This document shows positions 25,801 to 39,069 of a DNA stretch of 64,000 nucleotides, one piece after another. Numbering within the stretch: position 1 is the stretch's first letter; every line of letters starts with the position of its first letter. Below the pieces are notes generated by a model that saw only the letters and a list, made by a program, of their open reading frames with translations, had not been told where the DNA came from and did not search any database. The stretch is from Camelus dromedarius (Eukaryota). The position numbers and the translations under genes are program-made. The stretch lies in the NCBI RefSeq assembly GCF_036321535.1, contig NC_087437.1:69752001-69816000 (forward strand), written 5' to 3'.

Positions 25801-28800
25801 TTAAGAATCCACCATTTTTGTGCCTTGTGGTCAAGGAGAAGGTGCGCTGAGCCACTACTGAGCTGATTCTACTTTTGCCTTGCCACCAGCAAAATCGCCG
25901 TCCAGCTCCATCCTGCAGGAGTGAAACCTGAGCGAGGCTGGGGCTCAGTCTGGACACCTCCTTCCCTGAGGGCCAGCTTTTCAGTTACTAATTTACAACT
26001 GGGGCTCAGCCTGCTGTCCCTTCTTTTTCTTGCTACAGTCTAGAGACTGTGTGCTTTCAATGCGTCCACATTAACAAAACTCTTCTGCAACAAAACAGAC
26101 CCACTACTTTAGCAGGTTTCTTACAAATTGGTTGTATCTGCATCATCTTTTCCTCCCGCTGTGGGGGACACCTGGGGAAAGTAAAAAGGTGTGCCTGAAC
26201 CTTCATTCAAAACAATTCTTGAAAATTAGTTAGCTATTGGGATCAGCCAAGAGTGGGGAACTGAAGGGCTAGAGGGGTCAGCAGATGGGAGAACTTCAGA
26301 GACTAGTAGAGGAGAGATTTTGAGTGGTGCTGGGATCTGAAGAACTGAGTAAATCAAATGACTGTTACTCCTACTGGCTGAGGTCCTGCTGCACCTGCAC
26401 AAAAGCCATCTCTCTCTCCCTCGTAATCCAGCCACACTGAACAGAATGAGGGTCCACGTCACCCTTGCTCCTGTGCCCTAGAGATGGTGAGGGGCTCTGA
26501 ACTAACGTCTAGAAGGTATTTAACTTAATCCTGAGATGTAGGCATTGTTATTACCAATTTCCATGTAAGAAAACTAAAGCTAAAAGACGGAAAGTAACTT
26601 GGCCAAGGTCACATATCTACCAAATGCAAAAGAAGTTTAAAATCCAAACATTGTGTGCCTCATACCCTTCCTACTATGTTGCACTGATTTCAAGCTTTTA
26701 AAATTAATGTAAAATTTTATATGTGAAAATTGAAAACCTAAAGAAGAGAGAAGTTTTAATTATATACATATAACGAATGCTAATTCATGGAGATCTTTAA
26801 TTATAGAATTTATACATACAGTTTTCTGAATTTTATAAAATAATAGCCCTAATTAAGCACTCAATTGTATAGGCAATGATCCATATTCTGGGGAAATTTG
26901 AAATAATACTAATATTAAGACATTTCTATTTTAGGGTGGGGAGGTTGGTTGATAAATTGAGGTGAGAAGTAGAAATAAGAATTGTCTGCCTCCTTTATAT
27001 GTTTTTCCATCTTCAGAGTATGGTAAAACCAAGGTAATATATTTTGTGCTTATAGGAAATTAAATTTAGGAATATGCACCACCACAGAGTGAAAATGAAA
27101 ATCTGACTCAGAAATAATGCCGTCATAAAATATAAAGCTAAATCTGTGTGCTGAATGCCACCTGTAAGTGAGCATTTCCAGCCCTGTGGACTAAAGCGTG
27201 GGGCAGCAGTGGAGTTTACTGTGCGGTTCACCAGGGCAGTGCCTCCTCCTGTCTGCTCCTCACTTCCCCTAGACAACTGCTCAAGTGATTTGGCTTCAGA
27301 TGGCTCTGTGTCTGCGGAAGGCAGGCAGACAGAAACAAGACGCCTCAGTCAGTGACATGCCCCTATCGAAAGATCTGTGGGAGGCATATGAATACCCGGT
27401 AATTGCGACGATTCTGGGCACACTAGGATGATTTCATAGCAGCATGGCACAAACTGTGAACACTTTGATAAACATTTCACTCTTGGAGAGTGTGTAGGTG
27501 GTCAGATGAATGTTTTCATGCTATGAATAAATATGTGTGTTGTGGCCTCCATCCACACCCTACCTCACGACCTTTCCACCACGCTATGAGAAGGCGGGAA
27601 ATGTATATGAAGGGGAGGAACATATGAATGTTTATAAATGTATGTAAGTATATATGTGTATAGAGTTGTGCATGTATAGTGCACACATACACTTTCACAC
27701 CCACATGAATATATAGTTATGCCTAGGCAAAAATGAAACAAGAGGAAAAGGCTTTTATATTTTAAAATATACAGAGGCTTTAAAATAGATCTTTGAAATG
27801 ATGAGTTCTGGACACTACTTGTAAGCAGGGTAGGCTAGCCCAATGGACATCTCTGTAGTCTTGAATTAGTCTGCTTTGATGTTAAATGTCAGGGAGGGCA
27901 GGTGATCCATTTCAGACAACTGGGTTGAAAACCTCAGTTGTCCCAGACAAATATCTGGCATCACCACCTTCCTCTCAAATGTTCTACATTGAGTCACATT
28001 GTCTCTAAATCTCAGAAAGGATGACATCTAGGTATATAGTAGGCAGTTTAAGTTGTAGCACTGTAGCTCAGGAGAGAGGTCTTACCTGAAGATACAGTTT
28101 TGTAACTCACTGGCACACATTACATAGATGAAGCAATTGACAAGGAGGAAATTGCCTAAGGAGGATGTATAGACTGGGAAGAGATGAGAATTGAAGACAA
28201 GAGCTGGAAACATTAGCGTTAAGGAACAGGTGAAGAAAAAAGCCTTGAAGACTGAAAGTGACCTTTCTAGAGGTGGAAAGTAATCAGGAGAAGACAAGAA
28301 GAGAGAGTTTCAGGAGCGTGTACTAGATAGAGATCAAGTATTTTTTTATTCTTCTGAATAATTAATAGAGAAAGCAAGCACCTTAGTAAAAATGTCAAGG
28401 GAAGTACTAATATTTTTTGAGCACCCACTGTGTGCAAGGAACTAAGCTGATCATTTTGCATATGTGTGAAGAATATGAAAATATCCCTGAACTTGGGTTT
28501 TATGGATAATGATTCAAAATTTAAGAATTTTCTTTAAAATGTGGAGCTATCAGTACATTTTCTAAGGAATCATGGATCCTAATTTTATTGCTGCCAGAAA
28601 CTTGCACAATGACCTGGAACAAATCACTTTATCTTTCTGGGATTTTTGTTCTCTTCCATAAAATAAAGCAGAGGATTTGGAAATAAGCTCTAAATTTCTA
28701 TCCAACTCTACACATACACTGATTCTGTAAGTACCATTACAGTACATTGCATGCTACAAATACCAATTTAGTTTAGCGATTAATGAGTCTATCAGCCAAA

Positions 28801-29210
28801 GATCCAATCCCGACTCCACTGCATTCACTTACTTATTTGTTGAGGGACCTTGTGGATGTTGTTTAACTTTTCCTGCTTTGGTTTCCCCATGTATAAAATG
28901 CAGATCATAATAATAGCTCCTGCCTTACAAGGCAACTGTAAGAATTAACATAAATAAGCTAATGCTTATAAAGACCTTAGTGTAGTCCCTAGAATATGGT
29001 AAGTGTTCAATAATTGTCTTGTATTTGTTGGTGTTTTATATTGTCCTAATCATCACAGATAAGGCAATTATGAGCATGGATATCTTTAAATTCCTATTTC
29101 ACAATCAGGACTCAGCAGGAAAGAACCAACCCAGTAAAGAAAAGCTATTTCAGACTGAGCTTGATTGTTTAATTAAAACCATAGCTTTAAAAGTGCTTAG
29201 TTATCAGACA

Positions 29211-29228
29211 ATGAGTCAGCAAAAATTT
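29211..29228 (+). promoter_or_regulatory. CNC-sMaf (NRF2/BACH) / AP-1 composite motif
   Basis: ATGAGTCAGCAAAAATTT = TGAGTCA + GC + AT-rich flank. Confidence 0.45.
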
Positions 29229-29899
29229 TAAGCATCAACCTGTTTGCCATGTTCTTTCTCCTCCTATCCTTGCTTATGCTGAGAAATTATATCAATCTAG
29301 ACTGCTGGTAGTAAGGGAAGGGGGTGAGACAGCCCTGAGCAACACATCAACACACCGCATTAGTGATAATGTTGACACTGTAATCAAAGTATCTTCTCAT
29401 GATGATGTTTGTAAAGCTGGACCATTGTCAGCCCAGACTAAAACCACTCAAGGCTATGGCAGGATCACTCTCTATTCAAACTAAGATACTTCCTCAAATC
29501 TGTGCTCCAGTCACAGTTACTGCCAATACACTTAATGTTAGGCACTTATACGATGAAAAATACTCCCAGGAAAAGGTGCATATTTCTAAAAATATACAGT
29601 TAGGAAGCTCAATGGCTAAATCATCCAACCTTATGAGAAAATTTAATATGTTAGCAATTTAGAAAGGATTTGGCCAGATTTCTGCATGCCAGGATTCTAA
29701 ATCTATATTAAGATAAAGACAAGCTGCTGATAAATGATGTCAACTGACCTACAAGGCTTCCTGGTGAGTAGGTAATTTGGGCCGTCACAGGGAGCCTTAA
29801 TGACCACACTACACACACCTGTTTTGTTTGAGTTATTTTAATTTTTAATTTTGTTTCTCATTTAACTGGAAATGGTGCTAAATAGCAGAATTTAGAGTT

Positions 29900-30060
29900 G
29901 TTGTTCTCAAACTTGGCTGCCCATTAGAATTGTCTGAAGATGTTTTAAAAATGTCAGTGTCCAGACCACATCGTATACCAACTAAATTAGAATTTCTGGA
30001 GCTTGGACTCAATCTCAGTTTTTAAGGCTCCATAGTTGATTCCAGGGACCAGCCAAGCTC
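29900..30060. mobile_element. MER5-like hAT MITE
   Basis: GTTCTCAAACTTGGCTGCCCATTAGAAT...TTTTAAGGCTCCATAGTTGATTC. Confidence 0.7.
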
Positions 30061-30519
30061 TGCATCCTGGATCTTTGAACCTTGTCACTCAATCTTGCCA
30101 AAATCTAATTCATGAATTTTTATAAGTAAAGGTGTGTGTTTATAAACTATTGTATCGTTTTAGCTGTAACATTTTTCCTTCCTAATTCAGTTGAAAGACT
30201 TTATTTCTAAGCTTGACGTCATCGTGCTATGACTGTAGCTAGAGAGAGATAATTTCACTCAAAGTGTGGCATGTACTTTCAAGTTTGAAAAGTCTGTCTT
30301 AGAGCATTGGTTCTTACCAATGATTAAGAATCACCCGAGAGCTTGTTAAACATACAAGTTCCAGTTCCCTGTGCCTCTAATTTCTGATTTGGGACTGGGA
30401 TAGAGCCTAGAAATGTGCATTTTTTTTAACCAGCCTGGAGTTGGGATATTATAAAGTTGGAAAAGCCTGGGTTCTACCACTGTGTCTTCTGATCCAGGAG
30501 ATCAAGGAAATTATAAGAT

Positions 30520-31006
30520 ATCATTAAACTCTTACTTCACAATAAATCACCCCAAAACATAATGGCTTAAAACAGCAAACACTTATTATTGCTCAGAAGT
30601 CTATGAGTACTTCTTCTGGTCTCAGCTGGCTTCACTCTCGCATCTGTGGCTCTGCTGGGGTTGGATGGACTCCCTCTCCGACTGGGGGCTGCTGGCTGTT
30701 GGCTTTCTGTTGTTTGGTTTAGGACAGACTTGGTTCTTCTCCGTGTCTCTCCTACATCCCTCCAGCAGGGTAGTCCAGGCTTATTCATGGCAAAGGCAGT
30801 GGAACAATGGAAGGAGCCAAAGCCCACGAGACACACCATGTCTTCTGCCACATTCTATCAGCCAAAGCAAGTACAAGGCCAGTACTCACCCAGACTGGGA
30901 AATAGACTCTACCTTTTAAGGGGAGAAGCTCTAAAATCATATGACAAAGGACACGCCGCATAATGGGCTCAAGGACTGCAACCATTTTTGCAAGAGACTG
31001 ACCACA
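30520..31006 (-). mobile_element. MaLR LTR (MLT1F-like)
   Basis: AATAAATCACCCCAAAACATAATGGCTTAAAACAGC...CCATTTTTGCAA...ACCACA. Confidence 0.75.
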
Positions 31007-34000
31007 TCCAGGCATCTATTTACTTACCATTTTTACATATATTATTTCATGTAATTGTCACAATAATCTGAGGAAATATGTAGTATTAGCTACATTTTAC
31101 TGAAAACAAAGAATCACAGGGATCCCAGAGGATATAAAATGGGTTGCTAATGATGTGTAGGGACAGCTTGCAGGCAAAACTTGCAGATAAATATTTTAAC
31201 TTAAACGAGCAGCAGATGAGGCCATTACCAGCTTGGCAGTGAGATTGTATTGAAGTGTAAATGTACTGATTTTGTGAGAAGAAGGTGTTTTATGAAAGAA
31301 GAGGTGGCATGCAAGAGTCAGTTTCATTTCCATCTCACAGCCCACTTTCAGACTAATCCTGCTTCATTTATCACATCCTAACACCAGGGGCGCATACAGC
31401 TGATACCTGATGCTTCTGTTCAGCTCCATCTCAGGCCTCAGAGATGGGAAACTAGAAGATTCTACCCTTTTGACCTTTGGGGAAAATTTGCCTGGTGATC
31501 TACTTAATTGAGGCTGCAAGGAAGACTACCCACCCTCTGTCCCAGCTGGGATGATCGCGTCATTGTGTGTTTTTTAAAGCCCCGGCCGGAAAAGTTAACT
31601 TTCGTAAAGGGAAAAAATACATAGCAATGAGGGACAGGAACTCTGCTTCTGGCCCTGCACCAGCGCCATCTAACCTGCTGTTTCATTTCTCATCTCTGCT
31701 TCTCTTATCTCAGTAGTTACAGCAGGAGCCCTACTCGCTCCTTACAGAGCTGAGCGGGGATGGGGGCTCTATTTTTGCATGGCCAGGCGGAACTGCCTTT
31801 TCAGCATATCAGCGCAAGCGAGCCAAATGGTTTCTCAGATAAAATCAGAGCTCATTTTTAGACCTAATGTCAAGTTTTCCTTTTCTCCCCCAGGAGAGTG
31901 TGTTATAGGAGACTGGTGTAAGACACTTTAATGCTCTTTTATACTTATTTGACCTCTCTTACATAATTAATTCTATAGCAATTCAATGCTGGCTTCTAAT
32001 TGGAGAGTCGACTTATTTTTTCTGGGTTTCTGGGGCCTGCCTTCACTGAAACATCAACGGAAGGCTGGATAGTTGGGAGCCTAGGGTCAGAGGTCACGGG
32101 TGAGATGACTGATCCCAGGCTTTGTTTCCTCTGAGACTGTGAGCTCCTTAGGAAGAGGATAGATGGGCTTTGGTCATCTCGTGGCCTAGTGCAGTGCCTA
32201 ACCTTTCGCTGAGAAGTAGCATAGGGTAGTGGGTTAGAGACTGGGATCTGGCCATGCACTTCCTACAAAAGACACATCTATGGATGTGGGGAAGAATGTT
32301 AGCACAGATATCTTATGTAGTATGGAAACAGACTTCCTGAGTTTGGTTTCTGTTTCTGCCATGGGCTGAGTGACTTTGGGCAAGTGTTATAACCTCTCTG
32401 TGCTTTTGCATGCTCATCTATAAATGAGAATAAAAATAATGTCATATCATTGTGAGTATTAAATGTGGTTTCATATATATATATTTCATATATATATATA
32501 TAAAATACTTAGATCAGGGCTGAGATCATAATAAGTACTTAATAAATATGAGTTATCATTGGTCAATAAATATATATTCAGTGAATAGAAAAAGATGTTA
32601 TATTAATATCATGTAATCTGACTACAGCTTATGTTAAATGGAAGAATTCCTAGGAAAGGGGAGGACAATTTTTAAGACCTAAGAAACAGTATTAATAAGC
32701 AATCTATTTTTGTTCTAGGCATGCTTTTCCTATCTTACCTGCTTATTGCATCTCTGCTTTTATCTAGCTTTTCCTTTATGCACTTGAATGCAGTTTCATA
32801 ATTCCTTCCCAGAGGAATTTCTCCATTTAATATGATTTATGTCTGATTGCATAATATTTATATAAGCCTACAATGAGCAGTTGTTAATGGTTTTTATTTA
32901 ATTTATTCTCTTAATTTATTTTTAACTTCTTCACTTAATTGGGGTTATTCATGAATCCCCCAAGCTTAAAATTAGAGTATCTATATTCTACTTGAAAAAC
33001 ATATTTTTGTTTATTTTTAAAAGTAATATTAAGGCTTGGAACTCTCAAACTACTTTTAGCAAGAGAGCTAGAAAATGAAGAAGGTTTGGGCTTTGGAATT
33101 AGAGTGGGGTCCAAATCTCAGCTCATCCAAGAGAGGCTTGAAGTCATTTGATTTCTCTGAGCCTCAATTTCCTTCTTTCTCAAAGAGGATTGTATTTACC
33201 TGACAAGATAGTTACGGTACCCAGCATGTACTAGGTACTCTGCCGAGGACAGCTATTAAAAGAGCTAGACTTTGTTCTAGAAAAGGACTCGTGTTTGGTA
33301 GATAGGCAGTGGTATTAAAAGCAAGCTATATACATATTTTTCTTGTTTTCACTTTAGTAAGCCAGGATCAAAATCCCTGAGGGTCCCTGCTACATCACTG
33401 TGTGATGCTGTGCTCCTCCTGTGGTTGAGAGGCAACAGGCTGATGATAATAGGAAGGAGCTGGGTGGGCAGGTCTGAAGGTGGAGCAGGGGCCCCAGGGC
33501 GGCAATGAAGGTGCCATTCTGAGAAGCAAAGGGTAGTTCTTGTTTGCTGACCCTTCCCAAGTCCTTTCAGGGAGGCAACTTTTCATAATTTTTTTTGAGC
33601 TGTGGTAGACGCTTATCTAGTGCGGAGGGCAGACACTGGCGGAGACCAGTCCAAGGCCAATTCCCAGAATGTGCCATTCCTCCCTCCCTGCCTTTCAGAT
33701 TCCGGGGAGGCAGGCACCCTCCCTGGGGAAGAGCACTTCCTTTCGGCCCCTGGAGCTGGGTAAGCACCCGCCGCGCGCACATCCCTCCTCGGGCGCTGGC
33801 TTCCTCTCAGCTCTCTCCTCCAAGGTCTCTTCCCTAATGGAGGAGAAGGTGAGCATGAAAGGAACTGCTAAAGGCCCATGAATATTTCAAAATGCAGAGC
33901 CAAGGGACTCCATTAAACCTTGAACACGCTTCTGTAAATGGAGACAGCTGTATAATGAAATGCGCAGAGGTACTGAGGCCATTTCAGAGCGAAACAGGCA

Positions 34001-34981
34001 GACAGGAAATAAAGTGCTTCCCACCTCGACAGACTCCATTTGCTCTCTGTCCGCCGGCCTCTGGCCTCTCTTGGCAAGTCCTGTCAGACACCCACCATTC
34101 TTGCCCCGTCACCACCGAAAGGCACGGGAGGCCAAATTGCACGGCGGTTAAAGATGAGCCTTTCTAGTCTAAGAGTCCCGTCTCTCACACTGACTGGCGT
34201 TGCCTTGTTGTCTCCAAGATGAAGAAATGAGGGATCAGGAAGAGGGTGATGCAGCACTCACTTTAGAGTCGTGGGATGAGCCAAACACCTAAATCAAAGC
34301 ACACAGATGAGTCGCTTAATAAATGTTTCTTCTTTCTGTTATGTATTCCTCTTCCGTCCTTTCCCCTATATTCATAGAAATTATCTTCCTCTCCCAACTT
34401 CTTTCCAGACCACAGCTGTGCACGGTCTTGGCCCCATCAGCCAGGTCTGGCGTTTCCAGTGGCTGGCAGCCAGCGTCTGCCTGGCAGATGCATATGTGCA
34501 GCAGACCTGGTCCTCTTTCTAATGGCCCTGGGGGAACAGGGCTTTTAAGCCCACACATGCATGCGACAGGCTAGAAAGCCTTTATTAATGGCCCCTGTGC
34601 TGTCAGGACCAGTTAAGTCAGAAGATGCGTAACAGGCGATACCTTCTGCTTTCTGGTCCGACGGGGAAATACACCTCTTCTCTTTCCCTTCCTTTAGCCA
34701 CCTCCAGGATATATAAAAATCACTTCTGAGTTGTCAGAACCATCCCTGTTTGTCATTATCAACTCAGAGCTCAAATGGGCGTCTCTTTTGAATGCTGACA
34801 TTACTGGAGTAGGAGAAATGGGAACGATTTTCCCACTGATGGGCTCTGTGTAAATGTCTTAAGGGCAGAGATGGCAGAGGCACTGACCAAGATGTTCTGG
34901 AATCAGTCAATCTGTAAAACATTCTCCAGATTATAGAATTTTCTCTGTGCCATTGAAAAATACTTTAATTTCTACTCATAG

Positions 34982-35341
34982 TGTCCTGGTAAGTTCAGGC
35001 TGCTATAACAGCATATCACAGACTGGATGGCTTATGAACAATGGAAATTTATCTCTCACAATTCTGGAGACTGGAAGTCCAAGATCAAGGTGCCAGCATG
35101 GTCAGGTTCTGGTGAAGACCTTCCTGGTTGCAGACTGTTGACTTCCCCCTGTGTCCTCACATGGTGGAAAGGACTCGGGAGCTCTGTGGAGCCTCTTTTA
35201 TAAGGGCAGTAATCCCATTCAGGAGGGCTCCACCCTTATGATCAAAGCACCTCTCAAAGGCCCCACCTCATAATACCATCACACTGGGGATTAGGCTTCA
35301 ACATATGAATCTGGGGAGACACGAACTTTCAGTCCACAACA
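34982..35341 (-). mobile_element. MaLR solo LTR (MLT1A-like)
   Basis: GGCTGCTATAACA...CTGGAAGTCCAAGATCAAGGTGCCAGCA...TTAGGCTTCAACATATGAAT...CAGTCCACAACA. Confidence 0.88.
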
Positions 35342-36244
35342 CAAACATTATTGCGTGACCTCTGAATCGTCAACCTTGGTATTAGATGCAGGTGTGCAAA
35401 AAACACTTGATCCCAGCCCTTAGTGTCCTAGAGTTTAATAGACAACTGAAGTTAGCATCTAACAATTAAACGGGTGGTTTTAATATAGTGGAGTGCTAGC
35501 AGAGCAGTTAAGTGTCATGGCAACAGGGCCCCTAAAGCAGATGGCAACAGTCGGGAAAGACCTCTCAGAGGTGGCCACATCTAAACTGAGTCCTGAAATA
35601 TAAGTAAGAATTAACCAATTGTCTGATACAATTCATAATTTGTAGTTTCATCAGAGCAAATTCTTTCAAATAAAGTAGTGTATACCTAATCTCAAATCTC
35701 ATCTTTTTATGAAGGCTCCTGCCAAACTTTTTTATTGCAAATTAATCTTACTTAGTTTTGATCTCCTACAGCTCACTCCCTTATACCTATAATTTAGAAC
35801 TTAAACAAAGCCAAAGCTTTCATTGATGATTTACAATGATTTCAATTCTTTTCACTCCCAGTGAAATTGTAAGCTTCTCAAGAGTAAGAGTTTTTATCAA
35901 TGTGAATTATTTATTTCTAATATTTCCTGTGTGGCTCTGTCAAAGGTCACCTATCTGAAAGGCAAAACCATGGAATCTACTTTTGCCTCTGAAAATTTCT
36001 GCCTGCCTTATTAAAATTCTCATGGATATCAATTGCCAGTTTTAGTTGCCTCAACTGTAAGATGGGGGTTGAAGGTGATACCCCTCTTTCAGCCATTTCA
36101 TGGGATTATGTAATGTTAATAATAGAATACTTCTAAACTGCTTCTTAAATAGTAAAGTAGTGTAAATTTGGTTTATTAAATATGCCTACTGATAACTGCC
36201 TTTTGTTGAATATATAATACTAGACATTCTATCCTTTGCTGCCT

Positions 36245-36750
36245 GTATCAGTCAGGATAGGTGAGATTAGGCTGTGATAACGAACATCCCCCAAATCTCA
36301 GTGACTTAAATCAACTACGTTATATTCTTAATTACTTAACTTGTCCCTCCCAGATTATAGGTGGGAGATGGAAGCTCTGCTCTGTAGTAACTCAGACATT
36401 GGTCATCTTGAGTACTACCAGTTGCAGAGACAGAAAGAAAGAATTTGAGAGACTCACATGGGCATGTATTTGCTTATGCCAGGAAGTCACTACTACTTAC
36501 AACTCAACAGCTAGAACTAGTCACATGACCCAGACACAGAGAATAAGAAGTACAATCCTCAAGGTGAAAAAGTATGTGACAATGAATATATGTATGATCA
36601 TGTATAACTGAAAAATTGTGTTCTACACTGGAAATTAACACAACATTATAAATTGACTATAACTCAATAAAATAAAATTAAAAAAAAAAAAAGAAGTACA
36701 ATCCTAGCACATGATCAGAAGGCAGAGAGCCATGAAGAGCTGCTGAACAG
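36245..36750 (-). mobile_element. Old MaLR LTR (MLT1 family) hosting an L1 tail
   Basis: TGTATCAGTCAGGATAGG...CCCCAAATCTCAGTGACTTAAA...GCTAGAACTAGTCACATGACC. Confidence 0.65.
36560..36690 (+). mobile_element. Short young L1 3' end with perfect 15-bp TSD
   Basis: TSD AAGAAGTACAATCCT at 36545-36559 and 36691-36705; the body matches the L1 end near 63640-63740. Confidence 0.92.
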
Positions 36751-37059
36751 AGGAGTGTTCTGGCGGTACAGGTATTAACAGTCCACTGCCTTTGGGGTCT
36801 CCTAGTGTAGTGAAGATGGACATATAAAGGCTACACAGTAACTGCAAGAAAATGTCATTCATAGAGTTAAGGGACACAGTGGAGCAGCTTATTCATTCAA
36901 GAAACATTTATCGGGCACCTACACTGTGTCGGGAACCAGGGATCCCAAGAATCCAGTCCCTGCCTTCAAGCAGCACGTGATCTTGACAAGATAATGAAAA
37001 AGACCAGAAGAGCATGAATTAAGTGCCACTTTTGTGCCAAGCTCTGAGGTACATTTCTT

Positions 37060-37210
37060 GGAGGGGAGGATATAGTGTGGTGATGAAGTTTATGCTTAGC
37101 ATGCATGAGGTCCTGGGTTCAATCCCCAGTACCTCCATTAAAAATAAGTAAATAAACCAAATTACCTCTCTCCCACCAAACAAACAAACAACAACAACAA
37201 CAACAAAAAT
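37060..37210 (+). mobile_element. Camelid tRNA-derived SINE (Vic-1 type)
   Basis: TGCTTAGCATGCATGAGGTCCTGGGTTCAATCCCCAGTACCTCC with a (CAA)n tail; flanked by GGTACATTTCT / GGTACATTCCT. Confidence 0.88.
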
Positions 37211-39069
37211 TGGGTACATTCCTGATTTAATCTTCACCACAATCCCACAAAATCACTAGTGTCCCCATGCCACATGTAACCTAGTTTTCTCTGAGTTCCC
37301 TATGTTACAGTGACAGAGCTAGGATTGGAACCAGGTCTGTCTGTTCCAAAGCAGTGCTCTTTTCACCCTGCCAGGCTGACTCACTGGTCAAAGAGAGAAA
37401 ATATCTAAGCAGCAAATTACAACATGGGAAATATTATGGCAGCATGAGCAGCATATGCACTGTGTACTCCGTGGGCCCTGGAGAGTCAACTGAACGCCTG
37501 GGGAGTGTCTGAAAGGCTTCTCCACGGAGGTGACATTTTAGCTGGGGCTTTTGAAAGATGAGTCAATATTTGCCATGCAAAAATCAATGCAGTTTAAGTA
37601 GTAATAAATTGGGCTTAAAGAGGCAAACAGCCTAGTTGTTAATCTAATGTCAAATGTCCCCGTGATTACACGTTTCCATCTGTCTTCCTTGTCACCAGCA
37701 CCCTCCTAAATTCTCAGACTCACAACCCAACAGCCACCCTCAATTTTTTTCTCTTTTTCACCTTTTACTTCTCATTGGAAATCTATCACCCACTTGTGAT
37801 AAATTCTTCCTATTTCTCAGGAGTCCACTACATAACCAAATCTCAAAAAGGGTGGTTGTCTGGAGGAAAGGAATGTTGCCTGGTGTAATTGTGGACCTCT
37901 GATATGCTTAAGTCACTGAAATATACGTGTCCCCTCATTGTCAGCAGAGCTGAAGTCTATGTTGTGGGAATAGGGCAGAGCTATTTCTCTCACCCAAATT
38001 CAGCAACTGCTGGTTTAGCTCTGTCTAGTGCTGGCTAAGAAAGAAGGAAGAAGGATTGTTTCTGAAGGTGCAAGCTGGAGCTGGAATAATGGTACAGGGA
38101 TCCCTACTTATAATAATGATGCTTCAGCATTTCCTTGCAGATGTTTCCTTCTTTAAGCATCTTACAGAAATGTAAGAGAGGTTTTTGTCTTTTTAAAAAC
38201 ATTTCCACTTTCATTTGCTAAATGAGCCAACTTAATTGGAGAGAGATGAAAAAGGAATAAGGATAGAGTATTAATACAGATTTTGAGGACTCTGGGTTTA
38301 TGCTCTGCTCACTCTCTTAACTGTTCAACCCGGTCATACCAATCAGAACATGTTCTTTTCTTTTTTTCAGTCGTCAGCATTGTAAATTTTATCATCAGCA
38401 GAAAATCCAGCTACTTTTCCCTTTACTTATGATGAAGTATGATACAAAGACCAAGCAATTAGAAATGATCTGGAAATTGTGTCAGTGATGCATGATTCAG
38501 CTTTCTATTACTTTACATAACTTGAGAATGCTCTCAGGTAAGGGCTGACCCATGCAGCCAGCAGAATGCCAAAGACAGGGAGGGAGGCACCATTTTGCAA
38601 GTGGCATTATATTTACTCAAGTTTTCTAAGCAATTTCATTTTAACTAAATACAAAGTAATTACAGTAAACCTGGAAGACGGCTTCTAAACTAGGTTGGAG
38701 ATGTTTGAAAGATTCTCCAATATGTGATTTTAGGGAGTCTTGGGTAACGGGAGGAACAGTTATCAGTTCTGAATCTACATAGAAAATGGGAGGAAATGGT
38801 CCTCTTTAATATATTTGAAAAAGATTTATGGAGGAGCTGAGGGGGAGGGGCTCCCTGAGTGCTAGGACAGTGACAACCTGAAAGGTGGACGATTTGAAGA
38901 TGGGTAGGGGCATATTATGTTTCCTGATTCCTAAAATGTGGATTTTCGTATGTTAATGTTTCTAAAATGAGATTCACTTTCAAGTAAAGTATGTACCTAA
39001 CATGACAATGTTGCTTTATTTACTTACTTACTTATTTACTTATTTATAAAAGAAGCTGTTATTTAGAGC

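Noticed and set aside
30214..30221. Full CRE TGACGTCA
   Set aside because: A single 8-mer among MER relics with no supporting context.
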